Shown here piece by piece: positions 40,016-50,524 of a stretch of DNA of 64,000 nucleotides. Position 1 is the stretch's first letter, and each line of letters begins with the position of its first letter. Source of the stretch: Patescibacteria group bacterium (GTDB taxonomy: Bacteria; Patescibacteriota; Microgenomatia; UBA8517); contig DATDRP010000006.1 of the NCBI GenBank assembly GCA_035291665.1, positions 145,255 to 209,254 on the forward strand. The letters run 5' to 3'. The notes under the pieces are model-generated. The model worked only from the letters and a program-made list of their open reading frames with translations, was not told the DNA's origin and did not search any database. Both the position numbers and the translations under genes were made by a program.

Positions 40016-41407
40016 ATGGATAGAACACTAATTTCCCAAGTCACAAGTAAAGTCGGTGAGAAAGTAAAACTTCAAGGATGGGTGGACACAATCCGCGATC
40101 ACGGTAAAATTACCTTTATCGATCTTCGGGACAGGTCAAGCTTAGTTCAATGTGTCGGATCAGATTTGGATCCTGTCACACCGGAAAGCGTTGTAGAAAT
40201 TATAGGTACAATTGCAAATCGACCTGAAAAACTCATTAATAAAAATATCGAGACAGGTACGGTTGAAATCCAGATAGAAACATTGCGGATAATCTCAAAA
40301 GCTTTAGAGTTGCCAATCCCTATTGAAGGAGACGGTTGGGATATCGATGAAAAGGTAAGGTTAAAATACAGGTATTTGGATCTGAGAAGGTCCCGGATGG
40401 CAAAAAATATTCGGACGCGATCTAAGGTGGCCAATTTCATGAGGAAGTGGTTGATTGATCGCGATTTTGTTGAAGTAGAAACACCGATTTTGACAAAAAC
40501 CACGCCTGAAGGTGCCAGGGATTTTCTGGTTCCGTCAAGACTTCAGAAGGGTAAATTTTATGCCCTGCCTCAATCCCCGCAGCAATATAAACAAATGCTC
40601 ATGGTTGCCGGATTTGAAAGGTATTTCCAGATTGCCCGTTGTTTTCGGGATGAAGATCCGAGAGCTGACCGGGCATATGGTGAGTTTACCCAGCTTGATA
40701 TTGAAATGAGCTTTGTGGAACAGGAAGACATCCTGAAAATGACGGAGGAATTATTTACTCAACTGGTCAAGGAAGTATTTCCGGAAAAGAAGTTTACTCA
40801 ACTGCCATGGCCAAGGATTCCGCATAAAGTTGCGATGGAGAAATACGGTTCGGACAAGCCGGATATTCGAAAAAATAAAAATGATCCGGATGAGCTGGCT
40901 TTTTGTTGGGTAGTTGATTTTCCCTTATTTACAGAGCAATCAGAAAAGGATTATTTTCATGGATCAGGCAGTGCAAAATTTGCCCCATCGCATCATATGT
41001 TTACGGCACCCCACCCTGAAGATATAAAACTTTTGGATTCCGATCCGACAAAAGTACGCGGGCTTCAGCACGATATGGTTTTGAACGGTTTTGAGGTGGG
41101 AGGAGGAAGTATCAGAATTCACCAGCCCGAAGTACAACAGAAAGTATTTGATCTTATTGGATTTTCTAAAGAACAAAAGAAAGAGTTTGAACACATGCTG
41201 ACAGCCTTCAAATATGGTGTCCCGCCCCATGGAGGAATAGCTCCGGGAGTTGATCGTTTTACCTATGTTGTTTTAGGTGAACAAAGTATACGGGAAGTTA
41301 TGGCCTTCCCTACTTCGGCTTCGGGAATGACATCGGTCATGGATGCGCCAAGTAGCGCAACTGACGACCAGCTAAAAGAACTTTCCATAAGGGTTGTTAA
41401 GAAATAA
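40016..41407 (+). CDS. aspS: Aspartyl-tRNA synthetase (short class IIb type, possibly non-discriminating)
   Basis: N-terminal OB fold; class II motif 2 FRDED; QSPQ loop; motif 3 GGGSIRIH ... GIAPGVDR. Confidence 0.85.
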   Translation: MDRTLISQVTSKVGEKVKLQGWVDTIRDHGKITFIDLRDRSSLVQCVGSDLDPVTPESVVEIIGTIANRPEKLINKNIETGTVEIQIETLRIISKALELPIPIEGDGWDIDEKVRLKYRYLDLRRSRMAKNIRTRSKVANFMRKWLIDRDFVEVETPILTKTTPEGARDFLVPSRLQKGKFYALPQSPQQYKQMLMVAGFERYFQIARCFRDEDPRADRAYGEFTQLDIEMSFVEQEDILKMTEELFTQLVKEVFPEKKFTQLPWPRIPHKVAMEKYGSDKPDIRKNKNDPDELAFCWVVDFPLFTEQSEKDYFHGSGSAKFAPSHHMFTAPHPEDIKLLDSDPTKVRGLQHDMVLNGFEVGGGSIRIHQPEVQQKVFDLIGFSKEQKKEFEHMLTAFKYGVPPHGGIAPGVDRFTYVVLGEQSIREVMAFPTSASGMTSVMDAPSSATDDQLKELSIRVVKK

Positions 41408-41522
41408 TTTTCTTGATTGGAGAGTAAGCTTTTTTCCAAGATGTCATTGAAAGTATCTTCAATTTGATTTAATCTGGATTCTAGAATCTTTTTTCCAAAT
41501 TTTTTTAATCCAATAGAATGTC

Positions 41523-42473
41523 ATGAATAAATATCCCCCCGGAAATAAAATAAATATCTTTTTCCCCACGCTTGTTTTTTGTTTTCTTTACATATCTTTT
41601 GCAACATTTCTTGTAAGTTACTACTACAGTACTCCCAAGCCGGAACAGGTAGTTTTTGCGCAGGATGAAAAAACATTAGGATTGTCAACAGCGGTTACTG
41701 AATCAAAACCGCTGCAACCGCAAATTGTCAGCGGCATACCGATACCTGATATATCTGCATGGTCAGCTTATGCAATTGAGGCAAAAAGCCATTATGTTTT
41801 ATACGAGAAGAATGAATCGGAACAGGTTTTTCCCGCATCTACTGCAAAGATAGTAACGGCGCTTGTTAGTCTTGACTATTACGATCTTCAAAGCGTAGTG
41901 AGCGTCGGAAAATTAAACGTGGAAGGTCAAAAGATGGGATTGGTTGGGGGAGAACAAATTACAGTTGAAAATCTTCTTTCGGGTTTGCTTGTTTTGAGTG
42001 CGAATGATGCGGCTGAAGTACTGGCTTCAAACTATCCCGGGGGACGGGATATTTTTATTGCACAGATGAATGTGAAAGCAAAAGAACTTGGCATGGTTAG
42101 TACAATTTTTACAAATCCATCCGGATTGGATTCTTCAAACCAAACAACAACAGCAAAAGATTTGATCAAAGCCTCTGAAGTTGCAATGGAAAATGATACT
42201 TTTTCAAAGCTGGTCGCCACAAAAGATATAACTGTTTCAAGCATTGACGGAGCATACAAGCACCGCCTTTACAACATAAATAGGTTATTGTGGGAAGTGG
42301 ATGGAGTCAAAGGTGTTAAAACGGGAAAAACTGATGGAGCTCAGGAAAATTTGATTACTTATATTGAACGCGATGGAGTGGGAGTGTATATTGCTGTTTT
42401 GGGAAGTAATGACAGATTTAATGATTCAAAAAAATTAATTGATTACATCTTCGCCAAATATTCATTTGAGTAA
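41523..42473 (+). CDS. dacA: D-alanyl-D-alanine carboxypeptidase (S11 PBP5-type)
   Basis: SxxK STAKI, SxN LSANDAA, KTG KTGKT; N-terminal TM. Confidence 0.8.
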   Translation: MNKYPPGNKINIFFPTLVFCFLYISFATFLVSYYYSTPKPEQVVFAQDEKTLGLSTAVTESKPLQPQIVSGIPIPDISAWSAYAIEAKSHYVLYEKNESEQVFPASTAKIVTALVSLDYYDLQSVVSVGKLNVEGQKMGLVGGEQITVENLLSGLLVLSANDAAEVLASNYPGGRDIFIAQMNVKAKELGMVSTIFTNPSGLDSSNQTTTAKDLIKASEVAMENDTFSKLVATKDITVSSIDGAYKHRLYNINRLLWEVDGVKGVKTGKTDGAQENLITYIERDGVGVYIAVLGSNDRFNDSKKLIDYIFAKYSFE

Positions 42474-42501
42474 GAATTAGCTCTGAATCTTAAACTTTTA
42501 G

Positions 42502-42530
42502 ACCTGCCTACCGGCAGGCAGGTTTAAACT
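42502..42530. terminator. Bidirectional stem-loop terminator between convergent genes
   Basis: ACCTGCC-TACC-GGCAGGCAGGT hairpin followed by TTTAAAC. Confidence 0.45.
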
Positions 42531-42565
42531 TACACTTTTGGACGGGACTTAGAACATACGTTTGA

Positions 42566-43615
42566 CTATTCGGAGCGAACGTATTCGTTGATTACCGCCG
42601 GGATGTAGGCAACAAAATTGTTATCCCCTTCAAAAACAACAACAGGTTGGAAATATTCCGTATATTGTCCGGGGTCATAATATGCCAGATAAACTTTTCT
42701 TATTGTAATCGTTCCTTTGGAATTGTCTCCCAAATCGGCAATATACCCTTTTCCGGATTTCAATTCTTCCCAGGCCTCTTCAGAGGTTTTTATCGGGTAT
42801 GTACCGTTTTTATTTTCGTCGAGGGCAAAGTGATGATATTCGGCTGCAACCACCTGGTCGCCGCCTGCTCTTGCGCCGGAGAACATGAACCAAACATTTG
42901 CCTGCCCCCTGACGCTGGTGACATTCGGAAGATCATTGTAAGTTTTTCGATATAGATTAATTTTGATAAGGTTGGCGTCCGATAAAGAATTGGCTTCGAC
43001 AAAGTTTCCGTTGTTAATTTTAACGAAACTGTGAGTAATTTCACCGCTTAAATCCTCAGGAAGCGACCTTGCTCGGGAAAGATAAGTTTTTGCCAAAGCT
43101 GTAGCCTGTTCGGGGGTTGGCGGAACATTTTCAATTGCAGTCGGTTTTGAATTCAAATCATAGCTAATGGAAAAAATTCCTGTGACAATGTTCAGGTTTA
43201 ATGACGCCGGCGAGGTTGGGTGAGTAAAAAGATAAACCGTCTCTACCAACTCCCGTCCATCAGGACTGAATCCCAAACTGGCCGCTTTTTGTTTCGCCAG
43301 ATCAAGAGATTTGATTGTTGAAATCGGTTTGGGCATAAAATAAACAGTCAGCTGTTTTGGAAATTTGGGTAATTTCAAATCGGCCGTTTCCAGGGTAAAA
43401 ACAAGATCTACGGTGTTGGTCTTACTCGGAAAAGGAATTGGCGATAATTTGTCAAATGACAAAGTCGGAGGAGGGGGAGGCTCCGGAAAATATTTTCTGT
43501 ATAAACCCAGGCCGATTTTGTACGAATATCTGACAATGACTAAAAAAACTGCAAAATAAATTGAATACCTGATTATTTTTCTTGAAGTGATGGCAACTTG
43601 TGTCAATGAGCTCAT
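42566..43615 (-). CDS. Membrane-anchored hypothetical protein (349 aa)
   Basis: N-terminal TM, PPPPP linker, extracytoplasmic domain without known motif. Confidence 0.45.
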   Translation of the reverse strand: MSSLTQVAITSRKIIRYSIYFAVFLVIVRYSYKIGLGLYRKYFPEPPPPPTLSFDKLSPIPFPSKTNTVDLVFTLETADLKLPKFPKQLTVYFMPKPISTIKSLDLAKQKAASLGFSPDGRELVETVYLFTHPTSPASLNLNIVTGIFSISYDLNSKPTAIENVPPTPEQATALAKTYLSRARSLPEDLSGEITHSFVKINNGNFVEANSLSDANLIKINLYRKTYNDLPNVTSVRGQANVWFMFSGARAGGDQVVAAEYHHFALDENKNGTYPIKTSEEAWEELKSGKGYIADLGDNSKGTITIRKVYLAYYDPGQYTEYFQPVVVFEGDNNFVAYIPAVINEYVRSE

Positions 43616-43781
43616 ACAACAATCATTTTAGATGATTAATGGTAAATTTCAAATGACGTAAACCGAAGTGGAGAACAATTCATGAGATATTTAACCGCAA
43701 CAAAATATACACAGCGTTTTTTTAAAATTATGAAATTGTGTGGATAATATGAGCCAAAAACGCTAGAATTCAGTTGTAAGT

Positions 43782-45143
43782 ATGTCGGGAACATTTAAAA
43801 CAAAAAGTAAAAAAGTTCGGACAAGATTTGCTCCAAGTCCTACAGGAACTCTGCATGTCGGAGGTCTTCGGACGGCAGTTTATGCATATGCATTAGCCAA
43901 AAGATACAAAGGAGATTTTATTTTACGTATTGAAGACACCGACCAAAAAAGGCTTGTCCCCCAAGCGAAAGAAAAACTGGAAGAAATTTTAAAACAATTT
44001 TCTCTAACCTGGGATGAATATTATGTTCAAAGCGAGCGTGTAAAATCAGGGATTTACGCAAAAGCCGCTGAGAAACTGGTAAGGGATGGGCATGCTTTTT
44101 ACTGTCAATGTCTACCAAGGAATGCAAAAACCGAGGGGTTCTCAAAAATCTTACGGGATCCCTGCCGTGATAAAAATTTAAGAACAGGCGCGATAAAGCT
44201 AAAAGTTCCTGAAAACAAGAAAGTAAGTTATAGAGATTTTGTTATCCAAAAAGAAATAATCTGGGATAGTGGCGTGGTTGATGATGCAACGCTTCTAAAA
44301 TCCGACGGATTTCCGACATACCATTTGGCGGTTGTTGTGGATGACCACGATATGAATATCTCACATGTACTTCGCGGACATGATTGGTTGCCATCTACAC
44401 CAATCCACCTTTTGGTTTATGAATACTTGGAGTATGACCGTCCTGAAATTGGTCATTTAACGGATATTTTGGATCCTGAGGGAGGCAAACTGTCAAAGCG
44501 CAAAGGGAGTGTCTCTTGTGAGGCAATCCTTGCGGAAGGGTATCTGCCTGAGGCAATCTTAAATTTTGTTATGCTTCTCGGATGGGCGCCAAAAGATGAC
44601 CGTGAGATATTTACTCTTGAAGAATTTGTGAAGGCTTTTGACGAAAATGGTTTTCAAAAGTCAAACCCGATTTATAACCGGGATAAATTAAATTGGTTTA
44701 ATGGTGAATATATAAGAAATTCAAAAAACTCAATACTAATGACCAAATTAGTTGATTTTTTTAATAGGAAATACGCTGAAGAAAAGCTTGAAAAAATAAT
44801 CCCCCTCGTCAGGGAGAGGTTGAATACACTTTCAGAATTTGAAAGTTTGGCGGGATTCTTTTTCGAATTACCCAAGGCGGACAAAAAACTTCTCGGTGAA
44901 AATTTTAAGGAACATTTATCGGGTGCAATCACAGTTTTGGAGGGAGTTAATATATGGAATCTTGAAAATATTAACAAAGCTTTGATGGATCTGATCCAAA
45001 GCAAAAACTTCAAAACCGGAAAATTTTTTATGGATATACGGATTGCGATTACAGGCAGTTCGGTAACTCCACCGATAAACGAATCGATGGAAATTCTCGG
45101 AAAGGATGAAAGCATAAAAAGGCTAAGCGGTATTTTAAACTGA
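43782..45143 (+). CDS. gltX: Glutamyl-tRNA synthetase
   Basis: HIGH-type motif PSPTGTLHVGG; KMSKS-type KLSKRKG. Confidence 0.9.
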   Translation: MSGTFKTKSKKVRTRFAPSPTGTLHVGGLRTAVYAYALAKRYKGDFILRIEDTDQKRLVPQAKEKLEEILKQFSLTWDEYYVQSERVKSGIYAKAAEKLVRDGHAFYCQCLPRNAKTEGFSKILRDPCRDKNLRTGAIKLKVPENKKVSYRDFVIQKEIIWDSGVVDDATLLKSDGFPTYHLAVVVDDHDMNISHVLRGHDWLPSTPIHLLVYEYLEYDRPEIGHLTDILDPEGGKLSKRKGSVSCEAILAEGYLPEAILNFVMLLGWAPKDDREIFTLEEFVKAFDENGFQKSNPIYNRDKLNWFNGEYIRNSKNSILMTKLVDFFNRKYAEEKLEKIIPLVRERLNTLSEFESLAGFFFELPKADKKLLGENFKEHLSGAITVLEGVNIWNLENINKALMDLIQSKNFKTGKFFMDIRIAITGSSVTPPINESMEILGKDESIKRLSGILN

Positions 45144-45170
45144 ATCCCATCGTTCGCATATAATAAGATT

Positions 45171-46121
45171 ATGAAGAAAAAATCTGCCCAATTTGGATTT
45201 GACGATATCCGGTCAAAATTAAAACTCAAAAACCTTGAACAGCGTCAGAAGATATTAAAAAAATACCCGAGCGTTGATAAAATATTTTCTGAAAGAGGAA
45301 TAGATATCGGCCGGATTCGGGAACATTCTGCAAGACTATTAGGTGCAGGAATTATAAGCGGAACTCTTCTTTTGGGACAACCCGATACAGCCCATACTCT
45401 CCCGGCTCCTGATTATACCGATCCAAAAGAGATTGAAAACGCCCTGGCGAGAATGAAAACAAAAAAAGAAGGCTTGGTCGAAACTTTGACAGCAATACTC
45501 CCGGCAACAGCAAGACCTTTAAACCGCAACGAAGAAAAAATGCTGGAAGGGGTATTTAAAAATTATATCGGAGTGGATGCAAGAGCCGGCCTTGAAGGCG
45601 AACATTTAAATCAAACCTATGGTTATATCGGCGCAGAACAGCATCTGATCCGATATCCGGGTGATTCAATTGTTAGTCACGGTGATCCGCAAATTCAGAG
45701 ATCCGGGATGGCTCCCGGTAAAGGCGCGTGGGGTTATTTTGCAAATTCAGCCTCGGTACTGACGGACAATCTATCCGAAACAGAGAAATGGTACGCTGTT
45801 GTACAAACTTTATATCTTCCGGACTGGGGAACAAGACAGCCATACTTGAAAAACTGGTACAAATACCGCAAAGTTTTAATCGTAAATACAAAAAACGGAA
45901 ATGCGGTTGTTGCAGCAATTGCTGATTCAGGCCCCGCCGCTTGGACAGGGAAACACTATGGGGGAAGTCCTGAAGTAATGTATCATCTTGGCGGACAAAA
46001 GTATAAAAAAGGTGCGGTAATTGTTTTTTTTGTTAACGATCCGGATAATAAAGTACCACTAGGCCCGGTTGAATATGAGGAAATTAATTTGAATTTGGTT
46101 GAAACAGAAATTGCAACATAA
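45171..46121 (+). CDS. Hypothetical protein with C-terminal RlpA-like double-psi beta-barrel (DPBB) region
   Basis: GAWGYF...NAVVAAIADSGPAAWTGKHYGGSPEVMYHLG resembles the RlpA/3D DPBB core. Confidence 0.4.
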   Translation: MKKKSAQFGFDDIRSKLKLKNLEQRQKILKKYPSVDKIFSERGIDIGRIREHSARLLGAGIISGTLLLGQPDTAHTLPAPDYTDPKEIENALARMKTKKEGLVETLTAILPATARPLNRNEEKMLEGVFKNYIGVDARAGLEGEHLNQTYGYIGAEQHLIRYPGDSIVSHGDPQIQRSGMAPGKGAWGYFANSASVLTDNLSETEKWYAVVQTLYLPDWGTRQPYLKNWYKYRKVLIVNTKNGNAVVAAIADSGPAAWTGKHYGGSPEVMYHLGGQKYKKGAVIVFFVNDPDNKVPLGPVEYEEINLNLVETEIAT

Positions 46122-46178
46122 GTTTATAAGCAGAATTTTTTACAATCGAGTATTAATGAGAGTGCCAAAGAATTTTAT

Positions 46179-46565
46179 ATGAGTAAAATTTTTTATGATG
46201 AATTTATTGATTTAGGAGACTTTCATATGCATCTAAAAAGTATGGTTCAGGATGATAATGAAAAAGAAGATTTATGGCATCTGGTGGATGAATTCATACA
46301 TCTTAGGATGATAGAAATTATTCTTGATAATTTACATGAAGATTTGCACGAAGAATTTCTGAGAATGTTTGGTGAGCGACCTTATGATGAATCATTGGTG
46401 ACATATCTTGACCAAAACATGGCTATCAAGTTTCCGATCCTTGTTGAGAACGAAATGGAATATCTCCAAAACGAATTATATGAGCATTTCGGAATTCAAA
46501 AGCCGGTTAAACTTCCGGTGAAAAAGAAGAAAAAGAAAACGTCGAAAACTACTTCGAAAGCTTGA
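46179..46565 (+). CDS. Acidic hypothetical protein with Lys-rich C-terminus
   Basis: 128-aa ORF; no motif. Confidence 0.35.
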   Translation: MSKIFYDEFIDLGDFHMHLKSMVQDDNEKEDLWHLVDEFIHLRMIEIILDNLHEDLHEEFLRMFGERPYDESLVTYLDQNMAIKFPILVENEMEYLQNELYEHFGIQKPVKLPVKKKKKKTSKTTSKA

Positions 46566-47193
46566 TGAAGTGTTCTTTTTTAAGTTCTTCGTTGTGGTTT
46601 TTCAGATATTTTTCTCCATCGAACATTTGGCTTTTGTGCGCCATAATTGTCTGTTTTTTCTTCTCATAATAATCACTGATATCAACAGTGTAATTGATTT
46701 CGTGAAGTCCGTATCCGGGAGGGAAATAAATAAAATATTTTCCTTCGAGAGCTCTTTGAGCTTTATTCAGACAAAAGTAGAGCAGAGTCTTCAGTCTTCT
46801 GCTGCGTTCGAAAACAAATGTTGAAACCATACTGACTGCAATGTGGTCAATGTGACCCGATACCCCCCTGGGTTCGAAAGTGATAAGGGTATCAGATTTC
46901 GTTACATTAACTTTTTCCTGAATTTTGGCCGCTAATTTATGATAGTTTTTATTGCACAAACAGCCGTCCTCAAAATTGAAAAAGAAAACTTTTTTTACTC
47001 CCATTATCCTTGCTGAATTCCGGAGTTCTGCGGATCTTCTTTTCCGTAAGTTTTTGTATTTTGATTGTTGACCTCCGCCCCGTGTCACACAAACAAGATA
47101 GACATCATTAATTTTGCTTAATTTTGACAAAGTTCCGGATGGGCCAAAAGCCTCATCATCGGGGTGAGCAAATACGGCTAAAATATTTCCCAT
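46549..47193 (-). CDS. PIG-L/LmbE-family N-acetylglucosaminyl deacetylase
   Basis: N-terminal AHPDDE motif; HxDH-like GHIDHIAV. Confidence 0.8.
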   Translation of the reverse strand: MGNILAVFAHPDDEAFGPSGTLSKLSKINDVYLVCVTRGGGQQSKYKNLRKRRSAELRNSARIMGVKKVFFFNFEDGCLCNKNYHKLAAKIQEKVNVTKSDTLITFEPRGVSGHIDHIAVSMVSTFVFERSRRLKTLLYFCLNKAQRALEGKYFIYFPPGYGLHEINYTVDISDYYEKKKQTIMAHKSQMFDGEKYLKNHNEELKKEHFIKLSK

Positions 47194-47229
47194 TTTTTAA
47201 AAGAGGTTATTATTTTAATGCAAAACGGA

Positions 47230-47709
47230 TTATTTTTGAAGCGGGACTTCGGAAATGTTGATCTGGTAAGTTTTCACATCCTGGGGTGAAATGTTGGTCT
47301 CCCACGGTTTTTTGTATTCAAAACGGATTTCTGATTTTCCGCTTTTAAGAATTTCGAATTCAAAGTACTGGGTACCGCCGGAGCCCACCAGCTTTTCATT
47401 ACCTTTTGCTAAATAAGTATTATTAAGAAGCTTAAAATAACTTTTATCAAAATTAACCTGCCATTGATATCCCGTTGAAGGATCAGTATAAAGTGCAAGT
47501 TTTAGTGGTTTTCCGAACTCAACAAAAACAGGGATCTCGGATGAAGCAGCCGGAGTTGGGGTTATTTCGATCCGGTTGGCAGTTGACACAGATTCCCGTG
47601 GCTGAGTTTTTTTTGAAACCGCGGCCTGGTAAACAATTAAAGTAAGTATAAGGAGTACAATAATTCCCCCAGGAATGGCAAAGATCAGGATGTGTTTTTT
47701 CTGCAGCAT
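47230..47709 (-). CDS. Chagasin/ICP-family (inhibitor I42) protease-inhibitor domain protein with N-terminal TM
   Basis: YTDPSTGYQWQV matches the NPTTGYxW family signature. Confidence 0.55.
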   Translation of the reverse strand: MLQKKHILIFAIPGGIIVLLILTLIVYQAAVSKKTQPRESVSTANRIEITPTPAASSEIPVFVEFGKPLKLALYTDPSTGYQWQVNFDKSYFKLLNNTYLAKGNEKLVGSGGTQYFEFEILKSGKSEIRFEYKKPWETNISPQDVKTYQINISEVPLQK

Positions 47710-47765
47710 ATTCCATTATACAAACGGATTACAAATTTTGTAAATGAAGGAACCTAATTTAGTTT

Positions 47766-48446
47766 TCAAAAAGGTATTTCCCCTTGTTTGACTGAATCCT
47801 CATGAGTCAACTCTTCCCCAATATGACGATAGTTGCACCATTTACAGTTGTTACTTTCTTTGGGGGGAGGCTCTTTTAAAAGCTGGTCGATTTCTTTCAT
47901 GAATCCATGAAATTGATCCATATCCGGTTTGATTTCCAACCAGGTGGGTGGAAAGTCCAGTTTTGCAATTCCGTTTTCAAAACTTACGCTTTCGGGGTAA
48001 AAAATCAAAAGTGCCGTTTTGGAAATCGTTATTGCTGATCCCCGTCTTGGATTTTCGAGAGCAAATTTATATGCCGAGAGCTGGGTTTTGTATTTTTCTG
48101 CTTTTCCGTCATCAGGGGTGCTGATTTTCAGATCTATCAATGAATAGGTTTTATCCGGGTTTTCCAAAAGAAGGTCATACTTGCCTTTGATGTAGACACT
48201 TGTTTGGGGAACAACAATTGACTCGACCCAACCCTCCTGAGATACTATATTTCCTTCCGGAAGCGTATCTGATAGGGATTTAAGGTTTTTTCCCACCAGA
48301 CTTCCCTGAATCTGAGTGTTAATAGCGGAAAATACTCCCGGCATCGGCATTGAAGGCTGATAAATATTGTGGACGACTTTCAGGTAGTAGCAAAGTTTAC
48401 ATTCCTCATATAAGTAAGCGAAATCGGAAGGCGATAGTTTATACAT
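47766..48446 (-). CDS. PD-(D/E)XK nuclease with N- and C-terminal Cys pairs (Cas4/RecB-like)
   Basis: C17/C20 (CKLCYY) and C-terminal CKWC cysteine pairs; IDLK-type ExK motif. Confidence 0.45.
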   Translation of the reverse strand: MYKLSPSDFAYLYEECKLCYYLKVVHNIYQPSMPMPGVFSAINTQIQGSLVGKNLKSLSDTLPEGNIVSQEGWVESIVVPQTSVYIKGKYDLLLENPDKTYSLIDLKISTPDDGKAEKYKTQLSAYKFALENPRRGSAITISKTALLIFYPESVSFENGIAKLDFPPTWLEIKPDMDQFHGFMKEIDQLLKEPPPKESNNCKWCNYRHIGEELTHEDSVKQGEIPF

Positions 48447-48507
48447 TACATCTCACATTATACAGCTTTAATAAAATATACATCCCACAAGTAAATTATA
48501 TGAAGGC

Positions 48508-49272
48508 TCACTTTAAGTCACTAAGTTTGGATCTTAACTTGGGAGGCAGCTTTCTGGATCCTTCCCGAAAAGACAATCCTGACATTTTATTTTTGTTGTT
48601 TTTTAAGAAATTGTAAACAGTTTCGGGAGATTTTGCGGACATATCCCGAAGGGTCCAGCCGATTGCTTTTCTGATAAAAAATTTGGCTCTTTTATTAACT
48701 AAAGTACCCTTATAAATCTTATCAATCCACAATTCATCAAATTGTGATTGTGCCATTTGAAAAAATAAATCCTTCCTTCCTCCTTTTCCGCTTCTGAAAA
48801 GAAGGAGTTGGGAAAGAAGTGCGCTTCGCCTGACCCAATAATCATCATCTTTGATCCATTTTAGTAAATATTCATAAACCGATTTATGTTTTTGTAATAT
48901 ACCGGGCATTAAAGGAATAATGAGACTATCCAGGAGCGCCCAACCCCGCGATTGCCTCATCATTTTTTCAATTAACGGTAAATCACTTTTATTCAGTTCG
49001 TTTGAATGAAGTTCAAGTATTTCAAGAGCGAGTGTTTTTTCTTCAAATGAAGGTTGGTTCCATAAATATTTTACAAATACAATAGCTTCTTTTTTATTCA
49101 GAGATAATAGAAAATCTTTATGCTTCAAGTAATATTCATGCCTTTTATTTGAACCCACCCCGTAATGTTTCAAATCCGAGTAAAGATATGCTTTTTCCTT
49201 GACAGCTCTTTCGGAATTAAAATTATCATTAAGAAACTTTTTGTATATTTTATGGAATTCATTCTTGTTCAT
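48508..49272 (-). CDS. DNA alkylation repair protein (AlkC/AlkD-like HEAT-repeat glycosylase family)
   Basis: HEAT-like helical repeats and spacing typical of pfam DNA_alkylation; moderate. Confidence 0.6.
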   Translation of the reverse strand: MNKNEFHKIYKKFLNDNFNSERAVKEKAYLYSDLKHYGVGSNKRHEYYLKHKDFLLSLNKKEAIVFVKYLWNQPSFEEKTLALEILELHSNELNKSDLPLIEKMMRQSRGWALLDSLIIPLMPGILQKHKSVYEYLLKWIKDDDYWVRRSALLSQLLLFRSGKGGRKDLFFQMAQSQFDELWIDKIYKGTLVNKRAKFFIRKAIGWTLRDMSAKSPETVYNFLKNNKNKMSGLSFREGSRKLPPKLRSKLSDLK

Positions 49273-49351
49273 GCTTACCTATTTTACCTTTCCTGAATTG
49301 ATTGTAAACAATAATATAGTAATAATAATTATAGTGTCATATAATGTCTGA

Positions 49352-50494
49352 GTGAAAAAAGATCTTGCCGGAAAAACACTTCTCCTACACGCAAAGTTTG
49401 CAGGTAAACTCGGAACTCAAGTTTTGACGCCCATCAGAACAAAAGACGATTTGAGTTTGGTGTATACACCCGGTGTTGCGTCAGTTTCTTCCGAAATCGC
49501 GAAGCATCCGGAAAAAATATATAAATATACGATAAAAAGCCACACAGTTGCTGTTGTCAGTGATGGATCGGCCGTCTTGGGGTTGGGCGATATTGGAGCC
49601 GCTGCGGCGATACCTGTAATGGAAGGCAAGTGCGCCCTTTTTAAGACTTTTGCAGGACTTGATGCGTTTCCGATTTGTTTGACTACACAAAATCCAAAGG
49701 AGATTATAAGTATTGTAAAAAATATTTCTCCCGTTTTCGGAGCAATTAATTTGGAGGACATTTCTGCTCCCCGTTGTTTTGAGATTGAGGAAGCTCTTCA
49801 GAATATCGGGATTCCTGTTATGCATGACGATCAGCATGGGACTGCGGTTGTTGTTCTTGCTGGACTTATAAATGCATTAAAAGTCGCAGGTAAAAAGATG
49901 AATCAGATAAAAGTGGTTCTTCTCGGGGCGGGAGCTGCAGGAAATGCGATTGCGAATTTTTTGTCCGATAAGGTGAAGGAGTTGGTTGTTGTTGACAGCC
50001 GGGGGATTATCTCAAAAAAAAGAAGCGATCTGGATAAATATAAAAAAAGACTACTAAGGTTTTCTAACAGGAAAAATGTTTCAGGAAGCCTGGCTGATGC
50101 TTTGCCTGGAGCTGATGTTTTTATCGGTGTTTCAAGAGGAGGGCTTTTTGAGCCCGGTTTTGTGAAGTTGATGAATGAAAAATCAATAATTTTTGCTCTT
50201 GCCAATCCTACCCCTGAAATTATGCCGGAAATTGCACATAAAGCCGGTGCATTTATTGTTGCCAGCGGCCGGAGCGACTACCCAAACCAAATTAACAATT
50301 CACTCGCTTTTCCGGGGATTTTTAAAGGGACATTAATTTCCGGTGCTTCAAGAATCACGCGGGAAATGAAAGAAAGCGCAGCAGTCGCTTTATCCCGGTT
50401 GGTTAAAAATCCTACAAGAGAAAAAATAATTCCCGGACCTTTTGATAAAGGTGTGGTGGAAGTAGTTTCCAGGGCAGTTATAAACGCATCCTAG
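49352..50494 (+). CDS. maeB: NAD(P)-dependent malic enzyme, short form (GTG start)
   Basis: LSLVYTPGVA; Rossmann motif VLLGAGAAGNAIANFL; GTAVVVLAGLINALK. Confidence 0.85.
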   Translation: MKKDLAGKTLLLHAKFAGKLGTQVLTPIRTKDDLSLVYTPGVASVSSEIAKHPEKIYKYTIKSHTVAVVSDGSAVLGLGDIGAAAAIPVMEGKCALFKTFAGLDAFPICLTTQNPKEIISIVKNISPVFGAINLEDISAPRCFEIEEALQNIGIPVMHDDQHGTAVVVLAGLINALKVAGKKMNQIKVVLLGAGAAGNAIANFLSDKVKELVVVDSRGIISKKRSDLDKYKKRLLRFSNRKNVSGSLADALPGADVFIGVSRGGLFEPGFVKLMNEKSIIFALANPTPEIMPEIAHKAGAFIVASGRSDYPNQINNSLAFPGIFKGTLISGASRITREMKESAAVALSRLVKNPTREKIIPGPFDKGVVEVVSRAVINAS

Positions 50495-50524
50495 GCGACT
50501 TTATTATTAAAAGACTTTTTGTTT

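Noticed and set aside
43737-43745. Perfect DnaA box TGTGGATAA upstream of gltX
   Set aside because: It is a single isolated box with no cluster, no AT-rich DUE and no dnaA/dnaN context, so it is insufficient for an oriC call
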